NCBI GenBank assembly: GCA_020184695.1
Contig: JAANOX010000069.1
Coordinates: 318,668-382,667, forward strand
DNA: 64,000 bases
Direction: 5' to 3'
Origin: Histomonas meleagridis 2922-C6/04-290x
Taxonomy: Eukaryota; Protista; Parabasalia
The translations under genes and the position numbers were made by a program. The stretch's first letter is position 1; each line of letters opens with the position of its first letter. The notes under the pieces were generated by a model. It ran no database searches. It saw nothing but the letters and a program-made list of their open reading frames with translations, and was not told where the DNA came from. Shown here piece after piece: positions 11,706 through 24,253 of the stretch.

Positions 11706-14372
11706 ATCGTCATTAATCAATCCTATATCGTGGTAAACCTTAATGTATTATATACACTTTAGTCCTATTAATTTTTTACATTAATTTGATGTCAAAAAAA
11801 TCATATCAATTTTTAAAAATCAAATAAATTCATTAATCTATCTCATTAATAAACATGACACATGTTAAAAAAACTTCGATAAAAATATTATTATATACAT
11901 AAAAAATCGGATTTTTTAGGAATAATTAAATTTATAAATTTTTCTGATTTCAGATTTCAATCACATTTCTCATGTTTAGTAATGTATACATATTTAATCA
12001 CTCGAATTTTGTCCAACCAAACATATTGCAATCTTGAAAAAAAATATAATAATTTTCGGTAAAATGATGTTCATTCAATTATTGAATGATAATTCAATAT
12101 TTATACAGAAAATTCTGCGTAAAAAGCAGTTAATTCCAAACATTTATTCAAAAAGTGAACATTTTTTTTGAAGAATTAATTATTACACACATTCATTTAT
12201 GAGCGATAATATTATTTTATCTGGTAAATTTTTTTCATTTTTTTGTATGAAAAATAGTGAAATAATCTATTCTATTTTTAAAAATGTTAGAATATTTTTT
12301 GAAATATAAATCTAATGAAATATATAATTTTTAATGACAAAAATTGATATAATTTTAATTTGATAATAATCTTTTTTAAAATCTTACCAAAAACACGGGG
12401 ATTCAACTTATTCAGAGTCTTATATGTACATGAATGTATATCTTATAATATTTCTAAAGTTACCAAGAAAATAAGTGTATAAAGTTATTGTCATAATGCT
12501 AATTGATTTTATGGGAAATATGAATTTATCGATCATTTTTTGATATGATTACAATTAGTTCATTTTTTAATCATAGTTATAATTAATAATCATTAATAAA
12601 CAGTATATTAATCTTGAAATAGTTCAACATGAAAACATTTTTATTTTAGATCTTAAAAGTCTTCTTTGTAATTATAAATCACTTATATATATATATCCAT
12701 TGAAATTTAACATTATTAAAGATTTTTATAGGTGATTTCACGAACCTTGATCCAGAAAATAATTGTAATTTACAATTTTCATAATTGTAGCATAAATATA
12801 ATTTTCCGAAAAAATCATTTCTAAATATTTTATAGTTTCCCCTCTATAATAATGAATGAAATCTACGCTCTCTTATATATTTTATTTCAAATTCATTAAG
12901 TACAATTACTTTTATTACATTTCGAGTTACTACTATTTCTTATGCATAATATAAAGAATTTTTTTTTAAGTTAGGTATCATAATAATTCATATAATTATA
13001 TTAAATTTATACATTTTGTTCATTGATAGATCAAGATAACTTAGAATATTTGAAAAATTTCATTATTTAAATCATAAGAGAGAGACTAAATTAAGGTAGA
13101 GAAGTCATAATTTATTATAATAAACAAATTAATATAATATTCATATTTAAAAATCATATATACTCACATTTATTAATTTAATTCATGCTATGTTATATTT
13201 GTTAATGGACATGTATATTAAGTGTTTTTCAATGTTATCCCTATGTTAACTTTTTCCCCCAGTTCTTTATGTTATCTCAACTTTATTCATTTTTATTCTA
13301 TATTTGATGATGCTATTTCATGCTTATCAAAAATTATTAAAGGAATAAAATAAGCTAATAAAATTATAATTTTATATACAAATGTCATTAATAAATCTTG
13401 TTTTTATGAACACAGCCAAATAATAAATGTTGAAATACCTAATTCTCTTTATTACAATAGAATAACTTATTTTATAGAATATTATTACATGAAATTATAA
13501 TACCAAAATCAGCGATGTCAATTTCTCCAAAATATTTTATCTCATATTGTATTATGTTCATATATGTTAAAACCATGCGATTTTTCGTGTTGTATTTCAT
13601 TCGAATAATAGTAAGGAGGGATTTTAATTATTCTATTTATTCACAATAAAGTAAGGACACTTAGTTTGAATAAACTTTATACAGTATTGAATCGAAAATT
13701 ACTTTAAATGAATTCAAATAATATTGTTATTTCATTTGATCTATTATATCTTGTAGCTTATTCACTCATGATTCTTCATGTTTACTTATGTTAATTCAAA
13801 TTCATTTGTGTTTGTATATATACCTACTCATGTTCATTAATGAATGCTATAGTTAATTCATGTTTATTTATTATTCTTTATGTTGTTTTTGAATAAAAAT
13901 CTTGAGAATTGATTTTAAAATGAATAAATCTCAATATTAACTGAATATAAATCAAAATTAATGAAACTTTTAATATATCATATAATTTTAATAAATGTGA
14001 TAAAGATATTTTTCAACTATTTAATTTTAAGTGAAAATGATTATCTATAATAAAAAAAATTCGAATATTTTAATATTTAACAAAAAGCATTAATTATTAT
14101 ATATGTTTTTTGGTTTACAGATCAAAATTATGAATGTGTACTGATTTATCAACAAAGCAATATTTTTTTGGTGGCGACCGTTCAAAGTAAAAATCTATTT
14201 GGTGACATTTTATAAATTTTCAGAAATTTTTATGTCAAAAAATGTAGAACATAGAAATCAAATTTGAGAAGGAATATTTTCTCACAAAAATATTATGAAT
14301 GGGAATTTTTCAATGCTATTCAAAAAATCACGCATAATTGAAAGGCATTTCCACTTTTTGAAAGGAAGGTAT

Positions 14373-15560
14373 TCAAATTCTCCCATTAGGTTGGAGAGTA
14401 CCCCATCTTGTTTTGCAATGATGTGCTTTTTTGTAGAAAATATTTTTTGCAATTTCATTTTATTTGTTCCCGATCTGTGTTCTCATCTTCATTAGAATTT
14501 CATCTTTATCTTTTGTCCAAGTAACATGTGCTTGATCAAGTTCGAAGTTTTCAATTTCTTTACAGAGATGAAGGTGCTCAGAGATTGATTGTCCATTAAA
14601 TTTCAGACACAATTTCAACCTAGATTCAGAGGACTCGCACAATTTATTGATAATGTCCATTGAAATCGAGTTACATGCAAATTCAAGTTCTTGAACCAAT
14701 TCTTGCTTCGATTGAGGCTTTTTTATTAAAAATGCTTTCAAAATTTTATACAATAGTTCTATAGGATTTAAATCAGGACTATTCGGGGGCCAATCTGGAA
14801 TAATGTCACAATTTTGTTCTATGTGATCTAGGGTCTTCTGGCATGTGTGACATCTGGCACCATCCTGCATGAAAACCCAATTAAATGTGCCATGAATTTT
14901 GTCCGATTCATCATAAAAATTCAATTCTTCAAGATTCTGAATATAACGATCAGAATCAATTGAACCCTCGACAATAAGAAGTTTTGACTTAAAATTGACA
15001 CCAATAACCCCAAAAACCATTACAGATGATGGAAACTTTTGCTGGTCAACTGTAGAACTTGGCATGTGGTCACCCCTTCTCTTTCACATCCACCTTTTGT
15101 CCGACCCTAGGACAAATCGTGATCCATCGCTAAACACGATTTTTGAAATTATATCAGATTGCTCATCAAGCATCTTTCGACAGAAAACAATTCTCTTATC
15201 AATTTGTTTTTGAGTGAGCAATTGCGTGTGGAGTGGAGGTCCAAAAACGAATCTATGTTTTAATCTCTCACGTCTGATGGTACTATCAGACAAACTTATG
15301 CCAAATTTTTGTTCTACTTCTTTCACCAATGAAGAATTCGTCAACGTAACATCCTGGAGAGTTCTCAAAGAAATATATTCAGAATTTCTTTGGGTAATTT
15401 TTGATGGTCGACCCATTTTTGTTTCAATATAACTACCTGTTTCCTTAAAATGATTAATAGTTTTTTGAACTCTATGAGTTCCAACGGAATATTGGTGGGT
15501 GATCTCTTGGTATGTTTTTCCTTGAATAAATGCTTGTATGATTTTCATTTCTTTACTCAT
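14373..15560 (-). mobile_element. Tc1/mariner (IS630-Tc1) transposase with C-terminal Myb-like domain, two premature stops
   Basis: HTH N-terminus, then VFSDGSRF, FMQDGARCH and WPPNSPDLNPIE. The two listed ORFs are in frame across a TGA at 15084. Past TAA 14460 the frame continues as a Myb repeat. Confidence 0.88.
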
Positions 15561-15723
15561 TACAAACTGAAATCAACGGCGTATTTTGATTGAAATATTC
15601 ATAACAAATCTAAATTTGAATTAAATTTTATTCATTGCCGAGTTTTGGATTTTAGTTTAATAATAGTCAATATAAATTTATATAAATTTTTTTTAATTTT
15701 CATCTTGTTTTTGAGTTATACAA

Positions 15724-15880
15724 GATTTTCTATATCTATAGATCAGAGCAAAAACTCAAAAATCTGTCTTTGCAAATTTTTATGATTCATTTGTTATGTA
15801 AATAGGATAATTCTTGAAGCAGTATATTCATTATTGGAGGCTCTGAACAAAGAAGAAAAAATAAATTTTTGAATTCATTA
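15724..15880 (+). repeat. Dispersed repeat, second copy at about 24945-25090
   Basis: gatca.agcaaaaa..tctgt.ttt.caaatttt...gaagca...ttca..attggaggctct.aacaaa...tttttgaattcatt is shared. Confidence 0.75.
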
Positions 15881-16993
15881 TGCGGTTACAAATCCATCAA
15901 GATTTGAATGGGTAGTCAAATTATAATACTTTACAAAAAAAATTTGAGAGCAAATCCATCAAGCAGAAAATGTCTAGTTCCGAGACGGGTGAGCAATGCT
16001 CACAAGAAAGATTAGAAAATATAGTGATTAGTTATTTAATCATAAGCGATATTAACATTTTTGAAAAATACAAAAATTATCAATTCGATGATAAGATTAA
16101 AATTTTTTTTTCCTGCCAATTATTTTCGAAAAAAATTATTAATTCATTCCAGCTCTACACCATTATAGTCAATAAATTTGATATGCTTCAATTATATCAA
16201 AATTTGGGGTGACTTAAAAAATACGATATTCGTTTTTAACAATAACCTTTTAAAATGGGTTTTTACTTATTTTTTGAAATTCATTCCTCAACCTCATTAA
16301 CTATTGCATTCCAGCAATGAGCAAATGTTGGTGCCAAGTTCCTCCTGAAGCAAAATTCATGGAGGTAAGAATCTAACCATTCCCTATTGGTATAGAATTT
16401 TTTAGGGAAGTCTAATTCTATATACAAAACATACACACTTTTGGACGGTTATCGACTCAATTTCTGACTTTTTGAACTGTTGTATAATCACAACAAGAAA
16501 AAAATCAAAAATTTCAAAATTTAAAAATTTTTCGATAAAATAAAATTAAGTATTTCAAAATAATGATATCAAAAACATAATATATATAAGTAGAAATTAT
16601 ATTTTATGGCATATAATAAAGAAAAAATAATTTTTGATGTAATTAATGCAGATTAAAAAAAGTAAAAAAATTTTTTCGGAATAAATATCATAATCAAATC
16701 CTCCATATGTTAAAACATATGGTAGTATAATATTTTCATTAAAATATTCTATGTATATGATTTTATTTAAAAAATTTTTCATTTTCATGATGCCATTTTT
16801 TAATGAGTATTCAAATCACTAATTTAGGAATTGGTAGAAAATATCACCTATTCGATTTATTTTTGGATACTTTCTATTTTTGTCAGGATAATTCTGATAA
16901 AATATAAAATGTCAGATCAACAAAAAAAAATACTTGAATTATGGAAGCAAATAATGATTTAATTTTAATTTTATATTAATAACTTTTGTTTAT

Positions 16994-17674
16994 TTAACAC
17001 ACTTTATAAAATTTTTCAGGTTTATTAGCTAAATCATTATAACTATGAGTATGATCTGATGAAGCATAGTTTGCATGCTCATGATCTTTTTTAGCATAAA
17101 TCTCATCATGATTATGATCATTTAAAGATATTTCAGATGTATCTACATTATTTATAGACGCACATCGAATATTGCCATTACTACCAAAACTTAATAATGT
17201 TTAAGTTTTTGATTTAAAATCTAATGAATTAGTATTAGCAGTAATTCTCCATGTATTATCTTTATCGTAATCTGCATTATTATGCATATCAATATATTGT
17301 CCAACTTCTACAACACCATCTTCTTTTAATGTGATAATAGCTGGAACATATAATTTTGTATCCCATTTACCACCTTCTGCTGTTGACAATTGAAAACCAT
17401 TTAATGAAGTAACTTGTACATTCCCATTTACTGTTAGATCATTATTTATTGTATTATGTGTATGACTTTTTGTAGAATATTTTTCATCTGATTGTGATTT
17501 ATTATAATATAATTGTGGGATTGTAATCGAAGTTATAGTATTAAGTTTTTCTGTTATTTGATCATTTGTAGAATAATTTTCTAAAACTTTTTGTAAGTCA
17601 TTTTGGTCAATAATATCAGGAGCAGAAATAACATTAGTTTTTATATTTTTTGTAGCATTTCCAATACTAAACAT
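16994..17674 (-). pseudogene. Phage tail-fibre-like protein with HxH repeats (one in-frame TAA at 17201)
   Basis: GVVEVGQYIDMH..D.D...RI motif, plus SHTHN, DHNHDE, KDHEH and SDHTHSYNDLANKP. The frame continues past the TAA to 16994. Confidence 0.55.
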
Positions 17675-18036
17675 AAAGAAAAAATGATTTTTATTCTATA
17701 AATTAATAATAATTCTAACATAAAATATTCTGGTTCAATTTCTTTACCATTCATTTTATTAAGCCATATTTTAATATTTGGTTTTCTACTTTTATATTCA
17801 TATTTCTTATATTTAGTTCTATTTTCATTCGTATAAATACAAAAATAATCTTCATAATGGTCACGTTCGATAAAATCAGCGTGCATTGTAACATCAGATA
17901 TCAAATAATCCTTAAATTTACACTTACATTGTTGTACTACTATATATCTAGGATTTTGAAAATCCAAAAATTCAGGCGGAAAACGGTTTTCTTTTTGAAA
18001 AGTACAAAAATACGTTTTAGTCACAGGTTTTAGCAT
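17641..18036 (-). CDS. Putative Polinton/Maverick-type minor capsid (penton)-like protein
   Basis: About 115-aa beta-rich ORF ending FMLELLLIY, resembling parabasalid Maverick-associated proteins from memory. Adjacent to a fibre-like gene. Confidence 0.35.
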   Translation of the reverse strand: MLKPVTKTYFCTFQKENRFPPEFLDFQNPRYIVVQQCKCKFKDYLISDVTMHADFIERDHYEDYFCIYTNENRTKYKKYEYKSRKPNIKIWLNKMNGKEIEPEYFMLELLLIYRIKIIFSLCLVLEMLQKI

Positions 18037-18217
18037 TTATGAAAATGAAGTTCGCCATGCGACCGTACAATAACCGTCGCTTCTTGACTACTTAACATCC
18101 GACCAAATAATAACCGTAGACAATTTGTGCTGGTCATACGAGGTTGTCGATAAGTTTATGTGAAAAGTGGCATAAAAGTGCTGTCGTTTCTCTCAAAAAG
18201 TTTCCCGTTCACTCAAA

Positions 18218-19146
18218 ATTGAATGCTCATTCAAAAAGTGGCATAAATGGCCAAACAGACTCCACAAAATTATTGTATTAAGCACTTAATACAAATGATC
18301 CCCACTCATCTCGCTGCAATTGATTATCTAATATTCAAAGGCGTTTTTCCTAAAACAACAGAATGCAAAAAATGTAACATAATTTTATACTCCAGTAACA
18401 ATCAATTTCGTTGTAGATATTGTAATAAACAACAATCCATCACAATTGGGACAATATACGAAAAATGTTCAATACCTTTTGACATGGTTTTGATGGTTGC
18501 TTATTATTGGCTTTTGAAAACCCCAACAACATCAATCGATTCAATAACAGGATTATCTTAAACAACAGTTTGCAAATATATACAAAAATTCGAAAAAATT
18601 GTTTCATGCATGGTTCGAAATCGGTGGTGAAGGAATTATAGTAGAATTAGATGAATCTAAATTCGGAAAAAGAAAATATAATATAGGGCACAGAGTAGAA
18701 GGTGTCTGGGTTGTTGGTGGTGTAGAAAGAACAAAAGAACGAAAAATATTTGCATTAAGTGTTACGTCTAGAGACAAACATATACTTAAAACAATAATAT
18801 CAGATCATGTTAAGCCTGGTACGATTATTTATACCGATGCATGGAAAGCTTATGTCCCTGCAATCGAAGAGTTAAACACATACCAAAATACAAATTTTAA
18901 ACATGAAATTGTGAATCATAAAAAAGGATTTACAAGAGAAGATGGAGTACACACGAATACAATAGAAGGAAATTGGTATGGTTTTAAATGTAATCTTACA
19001 AGTCAACATATGAAACCAAAACTGATCGACCGTAAGTTTGCATTAACACTGCGAAGAATCTTCAGCTGATCTTTTGACTTGGCTTTTTTGAGCTATTGTA
19101 GTCTGGCTTCTGACCAATTGTACCACTTTTTGAATGGATATTCAAT
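18218..19146 (+). mobile_element. Merlin/ISXO2-like transposon with imperfect terminal inverted repeats, interrupted transposase
   Basis: ELDESKFGKRKYNIGHRVEGVWVVGGVERT, YTDAWKAY and VHTNTIEGNW. Inverted repeat attgaat-gct-cattcaaaaagtgg (18218-18241) / ccactttttgaatg-gat-attcaat (19123-19146). No TSD seen. Confidence 0.8.
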
Positions 19147-19421
19147 GTGTGATGGTTGTAAAACCGATCCGGAAAAAATCGATTTCGAAATTTCGATTTT
19201 GATCCGGATATTTTTTCCCCAATTTGAAAGCAGATTTTTATTCATATGTTGAGAAGGATCTAAATAAAAATCAAAAAATTCACCAGGATATGTTTATTTC
19301 CTCAGTTTGAGGACCTCTAACATAACAATTCTAGTGTTACATTAATATCACCACATACTTTTAGTTCATGTGGAAGTCTCCAAATTATTAATATTTATTC
19401 AGATAATCAAATGTATTCTAA

Positions 19422-21956
19422 TCATAAAAGAATACAATTCGAATTTTTGTTCCGAAGTAACTTTACTATTTCTATATTATTATTTCTAACTGCTATATGA
19501 AGTGCTGTTTCAAATTATTAAAAAATATTTCAAATTATTAAAACATATATAAAATTATTAAAACATATAAAAAATTATTAAAACATATTCCAAATAATTA
19601 AAACATATTCTAAATTATTAAAATGAATAGTTTTTGCATTAAAATCAATTCCTTCTTTATCTAAAAGTAATTTTACTATTTCTATATTATTATTTCTAAC
19701 TGCTATATGAAGTGCTGTTTCAAATTATTAAAAAATATTTCAAATTATTAAAACATGTTCCAAATTATTAAAACATATATAAAATTATTAAAACATATAT
19801 AAAATTATTAAAACATATCCAAAATTATTCAAATGAATAGTTTTTGCATTAACATCAATTCCTTCTTTATCTAAAAGTAATTTTACTATTTCTATATTAT
19901 TATTATTTCTAACTGCAATATGAAGTGCTGTTTCAAATTATTAAAACATGTTCCAAATTATTAAAACATATTCCAAATTATTAAAACATATATAAAATTA
20001 TTAAAACATATTCTAAATTATTCAAATGAATAGTTTTTGCATTAAAATCAATTCCTTCTTTATATAAAAGTAATTTTACTATTTCTATATTATTATTATT
20101 TCTAACTGCTATATGAAGTGCTGTTTCAAATTATTAAAAAATATTCCAAATTATTAAAACATATATAAAATTATTAAAACATATTCCAAATAATTAAAAC
20201 ATATTATAAATTAATAAAACATATTCCAAATAATTAAAACATATTATAAATTAATAAAACATATTCCAAATAATTAAAACATATTATAAATTAATAAAAC
20301 ATATTCTAAATTATTAAAATGAATAGTTTTTGCATTAACATCAATTCCTTCTTTATCTAAAAGTAATTTTACTATTTCTATTTTATTATTTCTAACTGCA
20401 ATATGAAGTGCTGTTTCAAATTATTAAAAAATATTTTAAATTATTAAAACATATTCCAAATAATTAAAACATATTCCAAATTATTAAAATGAATATTTGT
20501 TGCATTAACATCAATTCCTTCTTTATCTAAAAGTAATTTTACTATTTCTATTTTATTATTTCTAACTGCAATATGAAGTGCTGTTTCAAATTATTAAAAA
20601 ATATTTTAAATTATTAAAACATATTCCAAATTATTAAAACATATATAAAATTATTAAAACATATTCCAAATTATTCAAATGAATAGTTTTTGCATTAAAA
20701 TCAATTCCTTCTTTATCTAAAAGTAATTTTACTATTTCTATTTTATTATTTCTAACTGCTATATGAAGTGCTGTTTCAAATTATTAAAACATGTTCCAAA
20801 TTATTAAAACATATTCCAAATTATTAAAATGAATATTTGTTGCATTAACATCAATTCCTTCTAAATCTAAAATATATTTCACAAGTTCAACATTTCCTGA
20901 TTCTGATGCAAATGGCAAAATATTTTTTGGAATTTGATTCTTTTGAATGAAACATTTAACAAGATATAAATTTCCATTTATTGCTGATTCATTTATATTA
21001 CAAGCATTAACATCAATTCCTTTTTCTTCCAAAAATTCTAAAATATCATAATTATCTTTTTGAATACAAAGATCTATCAAACAATGTGTGACTTTAGACA
21101 TTTTTGGATATGATTGTATTTTTTCTAATTTATTATCATAAAGATATTTAAAGATATCATTTTGATGAAATTCAATTGCTGTTTCATATGCACCTTTAAA
21201 TGATGAATGATTTTGTTCACATAAATGAAAGATTTCTACATTTCCACCAGCAACTGCATATTTGCCTGTATTTTCTACTTTTGCGCCATTCATAAGTAAA
21301 TATTTAAAACATTTAATAGAAGAAAAAAATGCTGCATAATCAATTAATGTAACATCTTCTTTGTTAATAAAAGAACATCTTTCATAAAGTGATGGTTCAA
21401 TTATTTGATTAAAATCAAAATTTGTTTGCGATGATATTTCTTGAAGTTTATCGATTTCATCATTTCGAATTATTTTTGCAATTTCACTTGGATTAGCTCC
21501 TTCTTTAATTGTTTCATTTGGCATGTATTGCACAAAATATCCTTGAGAAGCAATCGAGTGTTTTATATTTTTAATGATTTTTTTATCAAGTAAATTATCT
21601 TCAATCATTTTGGAAAGAAGATAATATGATTCTTGTGTACTTTTACTAACAAGAAAATGTCCATATATATCAAAAATATCAATTTCTTGATGAATGTTCA
21701 TTTCTAGTTTTTTTATTTCTTTAAAAAAATCCAAATATAAATCAATATCTTTCATTCGTATGATAGCAATTGCGTATGTAATCCTAACAATAATTAAATT
21801 AAAAGATAATGGATAAATATCATCAAATTTACTTATAATTAATTTTGAAGATAGAATGATATTTTCTTTGTTTAAATTGAATATTAAATTCTTAATATAT
21901 TATTGTGATGTTTCCCATTCGTTCCCATGAATTTGGCTTTTTGCTTGAAATATCAT
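19422..21956 (-). CDS. DUF3447-type ankyrin protein with 7 spacer trains (39 x 17-nt spacers); in-frame TAA near the N-terminus
   Basis: ATG 21956, with one TAA at about 21899-21901. Ankyrin exons are 90/93 nt (TALHIAVRNNNIEIVKLLLDKEGIDFNAKT), separated by (17+3)n trains. Open to TGA at 19422 after skipping spacers. Confidence 0.75.
19509..20834 (-). repeat. Ankyrin-repeat array with nested 20-nt minisatellite (17-nt spacer atatgttttaataattt + 1 codon)
   Basis: Linkers of exactly 60, 100, 80, 200, 100, 120 and 120 nt at 20775-20834, 20585-20684, 20415-20494, 20125-20324, 19932-20031, 19719-19838 and 19509-19628. Confidence 0.95.
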
Positions 21957-23005
21957 ACCAAATGCCACTTTTGTGTCAATTCATCATGTTGTTATAATTG
22001 AATACAATGTATAGTTTACATAATCATTTTCATCTCAAATTTTTGGAAATAAACCGTCGAATCCAAATCGTATTCAGACAAATAATAAATCAGATATTTC
22101 TATTGTTTCTGAATCGATTTTTTTATCAAATTATAAATAAATCTCCAATTAGTTTAATTCTTTTTCAGTTATTGCTTCAGATGGAACTGAACTTGATGAA
22201 CCATTTGTATTTAAAAATAGTTAAGTATAAAAGATTTAGGTAAAAATTGATTAAAAGTTCCAGTAACTCCGAGAAGTAAACTTGTTCATTTCACAGGAAA
22301 AAATATTTATGTCTCCCTTGATCAAGGAGAAAAACTTAAATTTAAAGAATTTTGAGAAAATTTTATCATGTAAGAATTTATGTTTAAATGCTGAAATTCC
22401 ATTTTTATATAAATATATATTCAAACATTAATTCGTTATATCTATGAAGAAAATGTAAATATTTATAATATGTTAACTCAATTGCATTTTCAATGAAACC
22501 ATTTTCTGATTCTCACTATTGTTTTATTTTTCTCATAAAAATAATATGATCGGAGAAAAAATGAAGCATTATGAAGATAATCAAAAGAATAGCTATTGCC
22601 ATCATGTGGACATAATAAACGGTCGTTTTGAATTAAAATTAATTTTTTCATTTTCCTCTGAATTGAATTTCATATAATTGAAATAAATTTGCCGCAAAAC
22701 CACCTGATTAATAAACGGTCTCTTATACATGTCAAATTAAAAATTTGCAAAGAACCCTATTATAATTAAAAGGTATAGACCTTTATGTTGAGTCGAACAT
22801 TCTTGGTGACACCATTCTGGGAATTAAACATTGGGAGATAGCTCTATTGCAGTAGAAAAATTAAAACTTCATTTTTTCCATGGAAAATTGAATTCAAATA
22901 AATCACTAAACAACGTATCGTTAGTATCAAAAAGCCGAATATTGAATAATTTACAATTGTTTTGAGAGCGCCGACAACCACGAACATAAATTTAATCATT
23001 TTTAT

Positions 23006-24253
23006 TTATTCAAATTGTTCGTTTGCTTCTTGTACAATATCGCTAATTGTACTTGGTAACTCCTCAATATTTGTATTATAAAATTTCTCTAAATCAGCAA
23101 TAATTCTCATTTCTCTCCCACAACAAATATTAATTGCGATACCTTTTCTACCATATCTACCACTTCGACCAATACGGTGCAAATAACTTTCGCGATCAAT
23201 TGGCATTTCGAAGTTCATAACAAGTGTAACTTGTTGAACATCGATACCACGTGCAATGAGATCAGTTCCGATTAATACTCTTGTTGCTCCTACACGGAAC
23301 TGCTGCATGATCCTATCACGCTCAGATTGTGGAAGCCCTGAATGGATGGCAGAGACCATAAAGTTCTCCCGCTCCATTTGTTCCTTGATGTAGTCAACAA
23401 CATCTTTTGTGTTGGCAAAAATAACAGCTTTTTGAATGCGAAAACGGCCAAAGAGATCGGCCAATGTTTCCATTTTACGGTTTTCTTTTCCGACGTTTAC
23501 GTAAAACTGACGGATACCTTCGAGTGTAAGCTTCTCTGCTTTAACAAGAATCTTAATGGGATCAACCATAAACTTCTCAGCAATGTTGAAGACTTCTGGT
23601 GGTACAGTAGCAGAAAATAGAAGAATTTGAATGGTAGGATTGAGATACCTGAATATTTCTTGGATTTGCTCAATGAAACCTTGTGAAAGCATTTCATCAG
23701 CTTCATCAAGACAAACCATAACAAGGTCTTCACATCGGAGATGTCCTGATTCAATCAATGATAAGACTCGGCCAGGTGTACCAACAGCTACCATTGGAAG
23801 GCTGGATGCTTTATCTTGATCTTCGGATTCGGAGTGGCCTCCTGTGAAAAGTTCAATTGTAAGGCCATTCATTTTAATTCCAATTTCCTTCATAAATGTA
23901 AACGTTTGAGTAGCAAGTTCACGTGTTGGGGAAAGAACAAGTGCTTGTGTTTTTTGGAGGGACAGATCAAGGTTATTTAATATTCCGATACCAAAAGCAC
24001 CAGTTTTACCAGTACCTGATTGAGCTTGAGCAATAACTTGTCTTTTTTCAATAATTGGTTGAATTGCTAATGATTGGATATCGGAAGGATGCTTAAATCC
24101 ATAACTATAAATACCATGGACGAGTTGTTGATTCAGGCCCATCTGTTCAAAATCATCAATTCTTTGGTCCCAATTTGCTGTAAAGTTTGGGTTTTCTTCA
24201 GCGGGTTGTTCCCTCCGACGAAAGCGCCTGTTGTTTTTTTTTTGGTACGACAT
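23006..24253 (-). CDS. eIF4A: eIF4A-family DEAD-box RNA helicase
   Basis: Q motif GFKHPSDIQ, AQSGTGKT, PTRELA, TPGRV, DEAD, SAT, ARGID and HRIGRSGR. First ATG at 24253. Confidence 0.93.
   Translation of the reverse strand: MSYQKKNNRRFRRREQPAEENPNFTANWDQRIDDFEQMGLNQQLVHGIYSYGFKHPSDIQSLAIQPIIEKRQVIAQAQSGTGKTGAFGIGILNNLDLSLQKTQALVLSPTRELATQTFTFMKEIGIKMNGLTIELFTGGHSESEDQDKASSLPMVAVGTPGRVLSLIESGHLRCEDLVMVCLDEADEMLSQGFIEQIQEIFRYLNPTIQILLFSATVPPEVFNIAEKFMVDPIKILVKAEKLTLEGIRQFYVNVGKENRKMETLADLFGRFRIQKAVIFANTKDVVDYIKEQMERENFMVSAIHSGLPQSERDRIMQQFRVGATRVLIGTDLIARGIDVQQVTLVMNFEMPIDRESYLHRIGRSGRYGRKGIAINICCGREMRIIADLEKFYNTNIEELPSTISDIVQEANEQFE

Noticed and set aside
19509-20834. CRISPR-like repeat-spacer array
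   Set aside because: The constant part is a 90-nt ankyrin-coding exon and the variable parts are homologous 20-nt minisatellites, not unique spacers. The context is eukaryotic and there are no cas genes.
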